In this document: piece by piece, positions 1-11,829 of the stretch
How the letters are laid out: each line of letters opens with the position of its first letter
Numbering within the stretch: position 1 is the stretch's first letter
Source: Chiloscyllium plagiosum
Taxonomy: Eukaryota
NCBI RefSeq assembly: GCF_004010195.1
Contig: NC_057758.1
Coordinates: 8,352,956 to 8,391,612 of the forward strand
Reading direction: 5' to 3'
DNA: 38,657 bases
Notes under the pieces: generated by a model
The model's database searches: none
Told to the model about the DNA's origin: nothing
Seen by the model: only the letters and a program-made list of their open reading frames with translations
Program-made: the position numbers and the translations under genes

Positions 1-1611
1 TCTTTTTCCGCTACTCCAGGCCCATCTGAATAAACTTTGCCTTTCCAGGAATGTATTTTTAAACAAATCAGGGAGTTGCTCCTTCATTAACCTCTGATCA
101 GCTTGTGCAATCTTATGCAACTTTCTATCTCTCCCTGCACTTTCTGTTAGCACTGCAACAAAACATCCAGGCTTATCCTGCTTTCCCACGTCTGGCTTTC
201 CTTTGCTTCTCAAAGTCCAAAAACACTGTGATTTTATGTGGTCCACTTCATTACAATGAAAACACATGAGCTTTTTACCGACTTTGACCCTTCAATGATT
301 TCCTTTTTATACAGTGGGAAGTTCTCCTTTTCATCTTCACTGGGGATTTCTGTTTTTCCCAAATTCTAGCACTCATCGCTTTAAATTGATTCGGATACCA
401 AACAGTGCTTTCTGGGCAAATTCATTGTCATCTGCTACTTCAGCTGCTAACCTTGACTGCTTAACTTTCTGCTATTACACATACATTCGCACAATGTTGG
501 GCAGTGAATTTTTAAATTCCTCCAAAGTTATTGTAACTCTAACTACTTCGTAATTTTGCTCCATTTTTAAATCTTGTATCCACCTGTCAAATTGCTTTGT
601 TTGATCCTTTCAAACTCAATATAGGTTTGACCAGAGGCTCCCCTTACAATCCAGAATCTTTTCAGTCGGCATCTTATACAGGCTTATATGCACTTAAGAT
701 AACTTTGTTCGTCTCTTCATATTCCCTCGATACCTGTTCTGTTAGTGATGCAGATGGATCACTCGCAATTATTACCAGTTTTGTTTTCATCAACAAAGCT
801 ACATTGGTCACTGGCCAATGCATTTATTTAGCCACTTTTTAAAATGAAATGAAAATGGCTTCCACATCCTGTTCATCAAATTTAGGCGATGCTTGAACAT
901 ACTTAAACAGCTTCGCACCAGGCATTTGACTCCCAGGGAGACAGCCTCATTCTCTTGCTCACTTAGCCTTAGCTTTATCGTTCATGTCCATTCTTTCCTG
1001 CTGATCTGTATGTAGGCGAATGTGAGGAATACAAATTTGGAGATCAGAGTCTAGGTTAGAGTGGTGCTGGAAAAGCACAGCAGGTCAGGCAGCATCTGAG
1101 GAGCAGAAACGTCGACGCTTCCGACAGCGTGATGAAGGGTTCCGCCCAAAAACTCAATTTTCCTGCTTCTCGGATGCTGTCTGAGCTGCTGTTCTTTTGA
1201 AATACCACACTAATCTTGACTTCCGTTTATAAGTGTCAATTTCTGCAGTTCAAACTCTCTCTTTTATTTCCTCTCCTGCGAGAGCCCTGTTTTCTCTTTC
1301 TTTCTCTTCTGCTAAAGCCCTTCCTTTTTTTTTCGTTCTCTTCTGACTTTAATCGTAACTAAAACTGTTTCATTTCTGCTGCCCTTCGCGGGTCTCTCGC
1401 CTCTAACTCAAGCTGATTCATTGGCAATTGAACTGTTGCAATCTCCACGGAACACGATGGCGTTTCCCGAAAATCCAACCGCTCAGCCATTGCTGAAATC
1501 ATCTCATCTTTCCCCAAATTAGGAGGTAATTTCAACCTCAGCTTGTCCTCAGCTGGGTCATATCTACCTTTTGTAAACCTCAAGAAACTCCTTGGTGACA
1601 GAATGAGCCAT
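1..1611 (-). mobile_element. Decayed Ty3/Gypsy LTR retrotransposon gag (Gmr1-like), running off the left edge
   Basis: Hand translation of the minus strand from ATG 1611 gives MAHSVTKEFLEV, then a coiled-coil stretch (QLPMNQLELEARD). A capsid-like block follows (LFKYVQASPKFDEQDVEAIFISF*KVAK*MHWP...ILSAY...GQTYIEFERIKQSNFDRW...LEEFKNSLP), then a CCHC knuckle CFHCNEVDHIKSQC at 223-264. Many stops and frameshifts. Confidence 0.85.
1021..1221. mobile_element. Hairpin mini-element made of inverted Penelope-like 3' tails, inserted in gag
   Basis: Arm 1048-1115 (agtctaggttagagtggtgctggaaaagcacagcagg) is the approximate reverse complement of arm 1145-1221. The right arm matches the Penelope tail at 14790-14856. 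The centre has a degenerate TGATGAAGGG..GCCC-AAAA hammerhead core. Confidence 0.75.
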
Positions 1612-1689
1612 TGCTTGCCGAGCTATATTTACACCAATCAAATTAACAAGCGAACCAAAAGACACTAAGGCCTACCACTCGTTGCTGAA

Positions 1690-1707
1690 ATCCAGCAGCA
1701 ACTCCCA
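1690..1707 (-). promoter_or_regulatory. Degenerate primer-binding site, possibly tRNA-Pro type
   Basis: Minus strand tgggagttgctgctggat starts 3 nt after the LTR end (..aaca) and matches TGGGGGCTCGTCCGGGAT at 12/18 positions. Confidence 0.4.
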
Positions 1708-1710
1708 ACT

Positions 1711-2511
1711 TGTTTTGGACTAGACCAGACCCCTAAAAACATTTTCAACCATGTAACCCAGACTGCAAATTTGCGATTTATTTTGCTTGGTGTATAGTGG
1801 ATATACCTGGAGTGAAAGAGATAGCTGGACGTCCAAGTTTTGAACAAATAAAATATATTTACAAAATTATGGAATGAAACACAAAGAAAAGAAAACAGAA
1901 TACTGGATAACGTATCCAATTCAATAGGGCGAAAGTGAGGACTGCAAATGCTGGTGAAGAGAGTCGGGAGTGTAGTGCTGGAAAAAAAAGCACAGCAGGA
2001 ATGTGATGAAGGGCTTTTTACCGAAACCCCCACCTTCCTGCTCCTTGGATGCTCCCTGACCTGTTGTGCTTTTCCAACATTGCAATCTCGGATCCAATTC
2101 AGTCCAGCCTTAATGATGCTGTTCTGAACAATACTTGCAACAGTCTGAAAACACACATCCCCCAGCACAAACAGTAAAATCAAAGAAAAGTTTACAGTTT
2201 GCATGGGGAGAGAGCAGTCCAGCAGCCTTTCACATATGCCCTGCTGTGACTGACCTGATTCAAGTTCTGATCTGGACACAAACCTAACCTAAACGAAGGT
2301 TATCTATTCATCGAGCTGTCAATTCCTATTTGATTGTTTTATTCGAAGACTTGAATGTTTTAAGCTGGATGTGTTATCTGTTAGGGTAAAGAGAAAGGCC
2401 CCACTGAACAATTCAATCTACAGATATAATGCTCCCTGGTCAATTACCCCAATTCCAGGAAAGAATACATCAAGGGATAAGTAACCTTGTTAGAAAAACA
2501 GTACTGTAACA
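1711..2511 (-). mobile_element. 5' LTR of the Gypsy element
   Basis: TGT at 1711 and ACA at 2509-2511 give canonical termini. It lies upstream of the PBS and gag on the minus strand, and GPCR coding sequence begins abruptly at 2512. Confidence 0.65.
1924..2091. mobile_element. Second Penelope-tail hairpin mini-element, inside the LTR, with 10-bp target-site duplication
   Basis: Inverted arms (gtgctggaaaa..gcacagcagg / cctgttgtgcttttccaac) surround a central TGATGAAGGGCTTTTTACCGAAAC. ATCCAATTCA flanks it at 1914-1923 and 2092-2101. Confidence 0.75.
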
Positions 2512-3168
2512 CATTTGACCGATTTGTAGTGATCTGCCGTCAGAACTATCAAAAGCAGTATTGCATTAAAAGAATTGCAATCCTGTTAGGAATAGTCATC
2601 ACGAGTGTGATCGAATCGAAGAAACTGCCAGTTTTTCTTTGCTTATGAACCTGAGATAATAATTCGCAAAGTATAGTGGGGCAGCCAGGTAAGAATAACT
2701 TTGTTCTTGACTGCTGCCTGTGTAAATTGTGTCTGGTTTTGCACCGCCTGAGTGATCTGCCTTACCTTTACTCTGATTAACTTGTTCTACTTCATTAACT
2801 GTCCAACTTATTGTCGTGGCAAATAGACAGCAGAACTTCAAGGATCAAAGTGATTCAAAATGGCGACCCGCAGAAAGTCCATCCTTTTATTACTGTATAT
2901 GTCAGTAAGTTTTCTTTTTGTCTGGTTGACAATTGCCTTGACTTTAGGTGTTCCTAAACTAACGAACACCGTTTATTACAAAGGCAAGTAGACAAACGCT
3001 AAAATCACCGCTATTGAAGTTTTTCACACCTGGCAGCTTTTGAATTGTCTTCGAAATCCTTGCACGTATGCAGTGACAAAGATCAAGTTCAGAGCAGAAC
3101 TGAAGAATATGGAAAAATCACTGTGGATGACAATTTGGCGAGAAGGTCGACAGAAGTTTGTGAAATGA
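2512..3168 (+). pseudogene. GPR139/GPR142-like class A GPCR pseudogene, TM3 to C-terminus
   Basis: Not in the ORF track. Hand translation: FDRFVVICRQNYQKQYCIKRIAILLGIVI / FAYEPEIIIRKV*WGS / MATRRKSILLLLYMSVSFLFVWLTI...NTVYYKGK*TNAKITA...LLNCLRNPCTYAVTKIKFRAELKNM, ending TGA 3166-3168. It is colinear with the receptor at 15502-16399 and has several stops and frameshifts. Confidence 0.85.
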
Positions 3169-3789
3169 ATTCAATGCAGCAATTAGTTGTGACCAATAAA
3201 GTTTTCGTTTCTCATCATTCTCCATCAGAAATCTTCCTTGTCTCTCTTAAAATGAGAGACATCATTCATTTCAATGTTTGTATATCTTAGATTCCCCATA
3301 GCACCTTTAACATGGGTAATCTTTTACGTTTTCCCGTTTCTTTGTTGAGAAAGAACAACCTACTGCAGTAAAAACAGCATTTCCTGAATTCAGAGATCGA
3401 CAGTAACGGATATATTGATTTGAGCATTCATATGAAAAACAAAGGATTATGTGCAAATACACTTCGAAGAAGTGTATTTGAAGCCATCATTCAAATTTTG
3501 TTCAGTTCTAATCAACAGGACGATCTGTCCACATGCTTTGTTAATTTTCTTGGACACTAATGTAATGGCACGTTATGGGAGAGAGTTCATCAATGAGAAA
3601 CCGACATAACTCATTTCATACGATTTAGCTCATTCGGAGGAATCAGACGACACTCATCTATCGATGAAGCATAACTTCTTTATTCTTAGCCATTTCTTTC
3701 AACTGAAGTGTCGCACTTATTACAGTTATTGTCTTTATCAATCGCGAATAGTACAACGACGTCTCGAGTTATATTAGTAAACATAAAAT

Positions 3790-3875
3790 GATAGAAAAAC
3801 TCAGCATGTCTGGCAGCATCTGCGAAGAGAAGAAACGGGTAATCATATCCAGGTACTGTGAATCTTCTTCAGAAA
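3790..3875 (-). repeat. Degenerate Penelope-tail fragment
   Basis: aaaaactcagcatgtctggcagcatctgcg...ttcttcagaa resembles the fragments at 15335-15420 and 1070-1100. Confidence 0.45.
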
Positions 3876-6084
3876 TTGAGTAACTTTATTCCATTTTATC
3901 TGCACCTGTTGTGAAAACAATGGCGAACAATTCTGTAATTGACGTTCACAAAGCGTTATTAAGAGGTATGTTTCCCGTACGTTTACTGTAATCCAAATGA
4001 AACAACAGCAGAAATTCTGATAAAATCAGATTGATATAGATGATTTGCTAATGCAAACAGAACGTGCTACAGGAACTGAATAGTTCTTGCAGATTCTGCG
4101 GAAAGGTGAACAAATAATGTTGAGACCAATTGCCTTTCTTCAAGGCATATCTAGTTGAACATTTCCACTCTCTTGAGAAACGAAAGTCAAAGACATAGTT
4201 GTCATCGTCTGAGGTATTTTCTAACTCTATCAAGTCATAACAGCTATGCTCACGGGGGAAATCATGTTAAAACCAAATTCACCTGAGCATTTGAGATAAA
4301 TTCACAGTTTGTGCTTGTCTTTTCTTTTCTTTGACTGGCCTAGTCTGCGATGAGCGAGGTAAAATTGAATGCAAGTCTAACTGGTCTCTTAAAATTTGTC
4401 AAAATTTTGGAAGAGTGAAAGGTAATACCTTATCCTCTTACCTTCGCGCTTACCACATGTGCGAATAATGAGTGGAAATTCTTGAAGAAATGTGGAGAGA
4501 AGCAAGTTTAGAGAAAACGTGAATGTATAAATTTTGCTGGATTGTGAACTACTTTGACACAAAGTGTTTCAAACATGGAATTAGACAATAATTGCAAGCA
4601 TAAGAAAACGAATGTAGGCTTGGACAGATTCACAGAGTCATTGATTCTTTTGCAGGAATTGAAGTCTTCAAATGTTCTCCATTGACCAATTTGCACAAGC
4701 TCATTCACCCGCATTTTATATAATCATTTCACAGAATGTATGTGCCAATGGCTGGACGAGCACTTGTTGTTCAAATTGCACCAAAAGGCATTTAAGCATC
4801 AATCACATTGCCGTGGTTCTGGATGTAACGTAAGCACCGTATTTATTTTCCCTGAAAGACATCATGAAGCACAGTTGATTTTTTCTTTAACAATTATTAT
4901 ATTCCAAGATGTTTACCCATTTGTCTCATTGTGTTCAAATTTCCCAAAGAGAATTCTGCTTCTGAAAGGTCAGTGAACTTGAATCTTTTATGCTGTCAAA
5001 AGTGTTGAAATTTTGTAGCATTCTTTGGTTTACCGTGTTCCATTTGAGATCATTAATCTTTGTGTTGGATTTACACTCTTTCAAAGCATATTGGACACTT
5101 TCTTCCCATTCTGGCAATGAAACCATCTCTTAGCCACACACTGCAGAGTACATTAAGTTATCAATTACACCAACCAAGATGGCAATGTGGAGAGAATGTC
5201 AAAACAAATTCCTACCGTCACAATATTCTGAAGAAATGACACGTTATTCAGTTTATTAGATTCTAAATTACCCCACCTGCATTGGGATCATTTATACAAA
5301 TCGTTCGGAAGAAAGAGAACCAGAATACTGTGATTATTCAAAGTAAACTTTATCGGTGGAAATATTAATATTTGTCCACATGCATGTCGAGATGCTGCTA
5401 CATCTCTACGTAATCTCAATTTTAAACCTAACTTGCTAGTTCCCCCGTCGATCATATGGTATTCCAGCTGTTGTTACTTTTGAGGATCTGTTTTATTCTG
5501 ACTGTGTTTTCTGAAACGGAGAATTATGCGCAGTATGCTCTCAGATGAAGCCAGCCCACGCACAGATTAACCAGATTTGCAGAAAAATGCTTTAGTCGTG
5601 AATGGCTAAATGAATGGGGGAAAAAAATCGAGAAGCATTGCAAATGATCATGATTGATTAGAGAGTGGCATATGACAGAATGTCGGAGTAAAAACCTAAA
5701 CGTGTTTGTTTTCGAAACAGTGTTCATTCAGTTTCAGTAACCAAAATTCGAATGTACAAGTGGCGAACTTCTTCTGATTTTGTGAGAAATAAACTGCTGT
5801 GAAATGCTCTCGAGTCTCCGTCAAAATCCAGTTCCTTCAATAGATTTTAATTCAGATTCTTCCATTTCTCCTGAAGATACTGCTTAATGGTTTCACCGTC
5901 ACCCACACTTCTTAATTATCAGTGGAGCATAGTGGAGAACCCGGCCTCATAGCAATGGGGAGAATCAGAAAGACACGGGAATGCAATGCTAAGAAAAATA
6001 AACATCGTTTCTCTGTACGTCATCTCAGTCAACTATAACCTGTCCTGGTCATCGTTAATGGTGAATTCTACATGGATATATGGC

Positions 6085-7165
6085 TTAGAGTGTCACACAA
6101 AGTATTTACATTACTTTGAGCAGGAATTGGTGGAAGCGAGTTCCGCAACATGGGGACCTGTGACCAGTGGTGTTTCACAGGAATCCGTTCTGGGAACATA
6201 GTTGTTTGTGATTTGCATGAATGACTTGGAGAAATGTATAGGTCATCTGATTAGCAAGCTTGCAGTTAACACGAAGATTGCTTGTCGAGCAGTCAGTCAA
6301 GTGGCCTGTCAGAGAATGCTGCAGCATATAGGCGGATGAGAAAGTTGGGCAGAGAAGTGGCAGAGGTATTTTAATCCGGGCATGTGCAAAATGATGCATG
6401 TTTGAAGATCCAATTCAGGAACGAAATATGCAATACATGGAAAATTCCTGGGGAAAATTGATGTACAGTGACATCTGGGTGTTCAGGTCCATTTTTCACT
6501 GAAGGTGGCGACGCAGGACAACAGATTGACCAAGAAGGCATCCGACATGCTTCCTTCATCGGACGGGGTATTGATTATAAGAGTTGGCAGGTCATAATAC
6601 AGTTGCATGAGACTTTGATTCGTCCATATTTGGAATTCTGCGTTCAGTTCTGGCACCACATTACCAAAATAATGTGGATGTTTTAGAAAGGGTGCAGAGG
6701 CGGTTCACTGAAATGTTTCCTGGTATGGAGGAAACTGGCTATGCACAGATATTGATTAGATTAAGATTATTTTTACTGGAAAGACGGAGGTTTGGGGTGG
6801 TACGATATTGATGTCGACAACATCACGAGATGTACAGTCATGGTGGATCAAAGAAACATTTTTTTTTCTTCACCAGATTGGACGACTCAATTACTAGGGG
6901 TCACGAGTTCGAATTGAGAGGAGCAAGCTCAGAAGAGATGTACGTGGTAAATTCCTTATGCATAGGGTCATGGGTGACTCGAGCACGTTGCCAGCAGAGA
7001 TGGTAGTGGTTTGTACAATGGAGTCAGTTACACATGAATGGGCTGTGGGCAAAGGGATTCAGAATCTGAGAAAATAGGTGACAGGTTCAGGTCGACGATC
7101 TGGATTGGCACAGGCTTGTTCCCGTCCCATTGTTTTCTTGGTTCTTTGTTCATGTTCTTTGTTCA
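6085..7165 (+). mobile_element. 5'-truncated CR1 (HER1-like) LINE: RT C-terminus and 3' UTR
   Basis: VTSGVSQESVLG (GVPQGS motif) and IRPYLEFCVQFW motifs, with a tail of tgttctt-like short repeats at 7131-7165. Confidence 0.85.
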
Positions 7166-7184
7166 AATGTGACATGTTTGTGTT

Positions 7185-8720
7185 GAATCGCAGCAGATGG
7201 AGGAGGACCTCAACTAATACTTCTCCTCTGTGTTTACGTGGAGAATAACATGAAGCCTTGGAATTTGGGAAGGTTTGTGGTGATATCTTTGGGACAGTCT
7301 ATAATCCATAGAATAGTTTGCGTTGGCTGTATTGCAATCTATGAAGGTAGCTAAATACCTGGTCGTGACCAGGTATATCCAAGAACACTGCGTGGTGGGT
7401 AAGATTCTTAAGCAGATTCTCAGAGAGAGATGTACATGCGTTTGCAAAGACACAATTTGATGAGGAATAGTCAGCGTAGCTTTGTGCGTGGGATATAGTG
7501 TCTCACGAATCCTTCGAGATCTTTGATGAAGTGACAGGAATGTTGACAAGGACACGGCGGTATACTGAGACTACATGGATATTAGCAAGGCCTTTTTGAT
7601 GAGGTTCCATTTGGTTGATTGCTCTGAAATTCGAAGTCGAATGGAATCCTGTGTAGCTGGAAAATTAGATACAAAGTTGTCTTGACAGTAGGAAACAGAG
7701 CTAAAAATTAAGCCTGCCAGACTTCATGATTGTGATTAGTGGGTTTCCACAGGGGTCAGAGGTCGGTCTATTCTGTTTGTTAAGTACATCAATGATTTGC
7801 ATGAAAATGCACAAGGCATGGTTAAACAGTTTGTAGATGACAGTGAAATAGGCAGTGTCGTGGACAGTAAGGAAGCTTCTCAGAAATTGCAGTAGGACCT
7901 TGATCAGCTGGGGAAGTGGGCAGGGAAATGACAAATGGCGTTTCAAATGGGCAAGAGTGAGACCTTGCGTTTTGGAAAGTCAAATCACGGCATCAGGCTC
8001 ATGGTGAATAGTACGGCCTGAAGGAGTGCAGTGGAATAGAGGGACCTTGGAGTTCAGGTTCTCTCAAAGTGGAGTCAAACGTAGACAGATCAGCGAAGAA
8101 GGTTTTTCACAATTTGGCAAAGCCTAAAGAAGTTTGGAAGTTATATTGCAGCTGTACAGGTCATTCCTTGCCGTAATTGGAGTACAGCATTGTATTCAGA
8201 CTTGTTCAGTTTGCAACAAGAACAATGCCATTAAACTGGAAATAGTGCAGAAGAAATTTACCAAGAGTGGTCTAAGTTACAGTGAGAGTTTGGACAAGCT
8301 GGGACTCTTTTCCTTAGAATGTGGGTGACGGAGTGGTCTTCCTATGGAAATGTTAAATATCATGAGTGGCATGTTTCGGATCAATACAGTCAATCTTTCT
8401 TCCCATGGGTATGGAATCGAGTGCTACAGGGCTTCATTTAAGATTAGGTGGGAAAGAATAAAAATAAACTTGGCGGGGAGATTTTTCTTCACGCAGGAGG
8501 TGGTATACAGATAGAATCAGCCGCCATTGGCAGTTGTTGAAGCAGGTATGTAAACACCATTTAAAGGCTTTTGGCTAAATACATGAATAGGAAAGGATTA
8601 GTAGGAATTTGGCCCAGAACAAAGAAATGGGTTTAGCATGGACGGAAAATTTCCTCAGCATGCACTAGTTTGGGCTAAAGGGCCTGCTCCATGATGTCAG
8701 ATTCTATGAATCTGTAACTG
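7185..8720 (+). mobile_element. Decayed CR1 LINE ORF2 (RT) and 3' tail
   Basis: YFSSVFT, MDISKAF (about 7575), GFPQGS (7741), FVDDSEI (about 7830) and KLEIVQKKFTK, ending in gggcctgctccatgatgtcagattctatga. Confidence 0.85.
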
Positions 8721-9249
8721 TAGAATAACAACAAATCATAATGATAATTGTACAAATAATAATTAGTGTTAGTTTGCCGATTATCCCTCAACGTCCATCG
8801 AGTTCTCCTTCATTATCATCCAAACTTTGCTCTGGATGTTTGAAAATTCACAAATGGGATGTAGGCATGAGTTACTTAACTGAGGAACAGAGGTTTTCAA
8901 AACCAGAGCAAACAATATGAAAAGTGGAGGGAGAAACATCCGGAGCCATGCTTTCCCCATCTTTTGCTGATCACCATAAAGCCACAATGTGCGGTGCATG
9001 AACACCTGAGAGTGTTATATGAAAAATGACAAGTTTTTGTAGTTAATCATCGGACAGCTATGGCGACCATAGACTCCAAACTCAACGTGAAAAAGCATTG
9101 GGCTAACAAATGCGAAAAGCGTGAACGGGAGGACCTCCCTACCTTTGCAATCTATTTCGTTTGAAATAACGACCAACAAATTATTTGTGTTCCCTATTCA
9201 CCACATAATCTTGGATACTGGACATTTTTTTGTAATTCATGCAGATGGA

Positions 9250-10140
9250 CGGTCGAGTATTTTCATTTTGTAGCTTTCTGCAGTCTTCCTTCTTCTAAAT
9301 ACTCGGCATTTCCTCGATGCTTCCAGCCAATGTACATTACCTCACATTATCCCACATTACATTTCATCAGCAAGTTGTTTTTCCCACACAGCGAATTTAT
9401 CTCTATCCCTCTGCAGACAATTTCTGTCATCCTTGCTACCTGCCTTTCTGTTGGCTTTTCTCCGATTAACGCATATAAAATATATGCATGAAATAATTAT
9501 GGCTCCAGAACTCGTCTTTGCGTCCCTACTGTGGGTTGCAGTCTGCGATCCTGAAATTGCACTCAACTGACACAGCTCTGCCTTGTGTTAGATGACCAAT
9601 TGTATGTGAAAACAGAAAATTAGAGCACTAGTAGAACATTCGGCACTCTTATTTTTTTCTCCCATGATAATGCTGATCATCTCGCTCATACTTTTTTTTC
9701 AATTTCTCCCCCTGGTTTTGCTCAGTTTAATCCTAAGGTCTTTCTACAACTCTTTCTTCATAACGTTCAATGTTTCGACCTCAACTGCCTTCTGTGGCAT
9801 GGAATTTCACACGCTTGCCGCTCTTGATGAACAAGCTTTTCCTCATTTCGATCGAAGTGTTCTACCACGGATCCCTGGTAATGAACAACTATTTTCCTAT
9901 CTAATTCCTCACAGCAACATTCATACTGACACGTGAAGAATTCTAGTTCTTGTATATGCCTACTTTGGAAAGCACTGTGTGCCACTTGGAGTCCACAAGG
10001 GCTTCGCCACTACTCTCTAACATACAGGCAGTATTGACCGATAATGTTCAGTCAGCATCCCTTCATTGAACATCACTAGTCCGTATCCTGTCCAGAATGA
10101 GTAAATGTTCCTTTCTATGGTCCAAATTATGATGAAGCGA
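9250..10140 (-). mobile_element. Old CR1 LINE fragments (RT piece 9250-9600, 3' end 9605-10140)
   Basis: The minus frame has CLQRDRDKFAVW (LQRDIDRL-type motif). ctcaactgccttctgtggcatggaatttcac resembles the CR1 3' region also seen at 11090-11120 and 12020-12055. Confidence 0.6.
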
Positions 10141-10433
10141 AGGGGTTAAAGCAAATCTATTATTTCAAACATTCCAAGTATCATCAGTCACTGCGGCACT
10201 GAACAGTGTCTCTGGAGGCTGACTCTCTGATTTTAGAAAATATCATTCTTTTTACTGAAGTGTTCCATATTGTTGTAGGAGCATCGTCTCTGCAGCTCGA
10301 GTCAGCGGTGAATCTAGAGAGAACGAGAAGGACAGCGGTTTGAGAGAGAAAGAGAATATGATCAGATCTTAAAGCAAGAGACTGGAACTTCACAATAAGT
10401 GATGAGAAGCTAAGGAAAATCGATTGGACCATT

Positions 10434-10595
10434 ATGAGAATGGTTCAGAATCTGAAAACAAAGGATTGGAATATACCTGCCATGGATACGAATCTGGATA
10501 CAATGCACTGGAATGTTACAATGCATTTCAGGAGTCTCTTGGTATCTTTTCGTACTTTCCACTTATTATGATCGTTTTTCATTACGATCCCAATC
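10434..10595 (+). pseudogene. Candidate degraded first exon (extracellular N-terminus) of the GPCR at 15502
   Basis: MRMVQNLKTKDWNIPAMDTNLDTMHWNVTMHF is built from 21/42-nt repeats and contains a WNVT sequon. It is on the same strand, upstream of the TM1-start exon. No TM1 or splice donor is recognisable. Confidence 0.45.
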
Positions 10596-10914
10596 TCCGA
10601 AGTAGCTTTCCCCTTTCTTTTGTTGACCCTCTATATCCGGAAATTGGGCATACATATCCAGTTTTTTGAAGCACAGGAGGAATTTGTTGAATTCGGTAGT
10701 GCCAATGTCATGCATCAATATTCGTACATCAGTCTGTAAAACTCGATTCGTTTCGCCTTGACCAGCTAGGTTTTCGAAGATCAAAGCTGTCTGCTTCAGA
10801 GTAGCATGCAAGATCTATTGCCTGACTATTGACTCCGCTACATCATAGCATGAGTTTGAAACAGACTGTGCCACCTTCACTTTTTTTGTTTTAAATGCGA
10901 AATATCGAAAAAGG

Positions 10915-11340
10915 GAAAAGAATAGAAGCAGTCTATCAAATGGCCATCCCAGCTTGATCCACCATTCCGTGTCATCATGACTGAATATCCAACTTAGTCT
11001 CACTTTTTCACGTTCTCCCCATGTCCTTTGATCTTTTCGGGCTAATAACACTATCCAACTGCTTCATGAGATATTCAGTGTTTTGTTCTCATCATCTTTC
11101 TATGGCAGGGAATTCTGAAGGTTCGTCTCTGACTTGGTGAACTTGTCCCTCCTCATCTCAGTTCCACACTTTATCATTGGCCTGTGACAGGGACATCCTT
11201 CCTGCACTCACCATATCTTGTCCTACTCCAAGTGTTAGTCCGAGGTTTCAATGAGATCTGCCCCGATCTGCCCACACACACCCCATTCTTCCAAACTCCA
11301 TTCGATGCAGTCCCCATCGAGGCAGTGTCATGAAACGTTA
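10915..11340 (-). mobile_element. Old CR1 LINE 3' end
   Basis: ggccatcccagc...ccaccattc...tcatgactga tail pattern is shared with 11850-11920 and 16580-16635. Confidence 0.6.
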
Positions 11341-11829
11341 ATCCTGTGATCCAGCAATCAGTGCGATAGCAAGAGACTGGGACTTCACAGAGGTGAAGTC
11401 ATCTCATATATTCCCCATTAGCAAATTGTCACCGGTTTCCTCAGCAGTAAACTCAATCTCACCTCTTCACATTCTCAGCTGGTCACTTTCTAGTTAGAAA
11501 GATGCATGAGCAAAGTGTTATGAAACAAACGCCACCATCCCATCAGCATGGTGTTCACTCGTCCACGCTCTTTCACAGCATGTCAGTTCCTCAATGCTGC
11601 AATTTCCATCAATACTTCTGCATTTATATGAAGCCCAATTTCCTCATCCGCTGCCCATTTCAAACATTCCGACGTTTTTTTAAAAATCAAAATCGGAATT
11701 CCGACAGACATTATTTTTTATTGTTAGCTCTGTTCCAGAGTTGTCTCAACTTGGTATGCGCTGATAAGGTGCCAATGTCAGAAATCAAATCATCCAGAAC
11801 CTAAACCTATGATCAATAGACAAGGACTC

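Noticed and set aside
1665..2279. 204-aa minus-strand ORF
   Set aside because: It lies across LTR and hairpin-element DNA and has no protein motifs.
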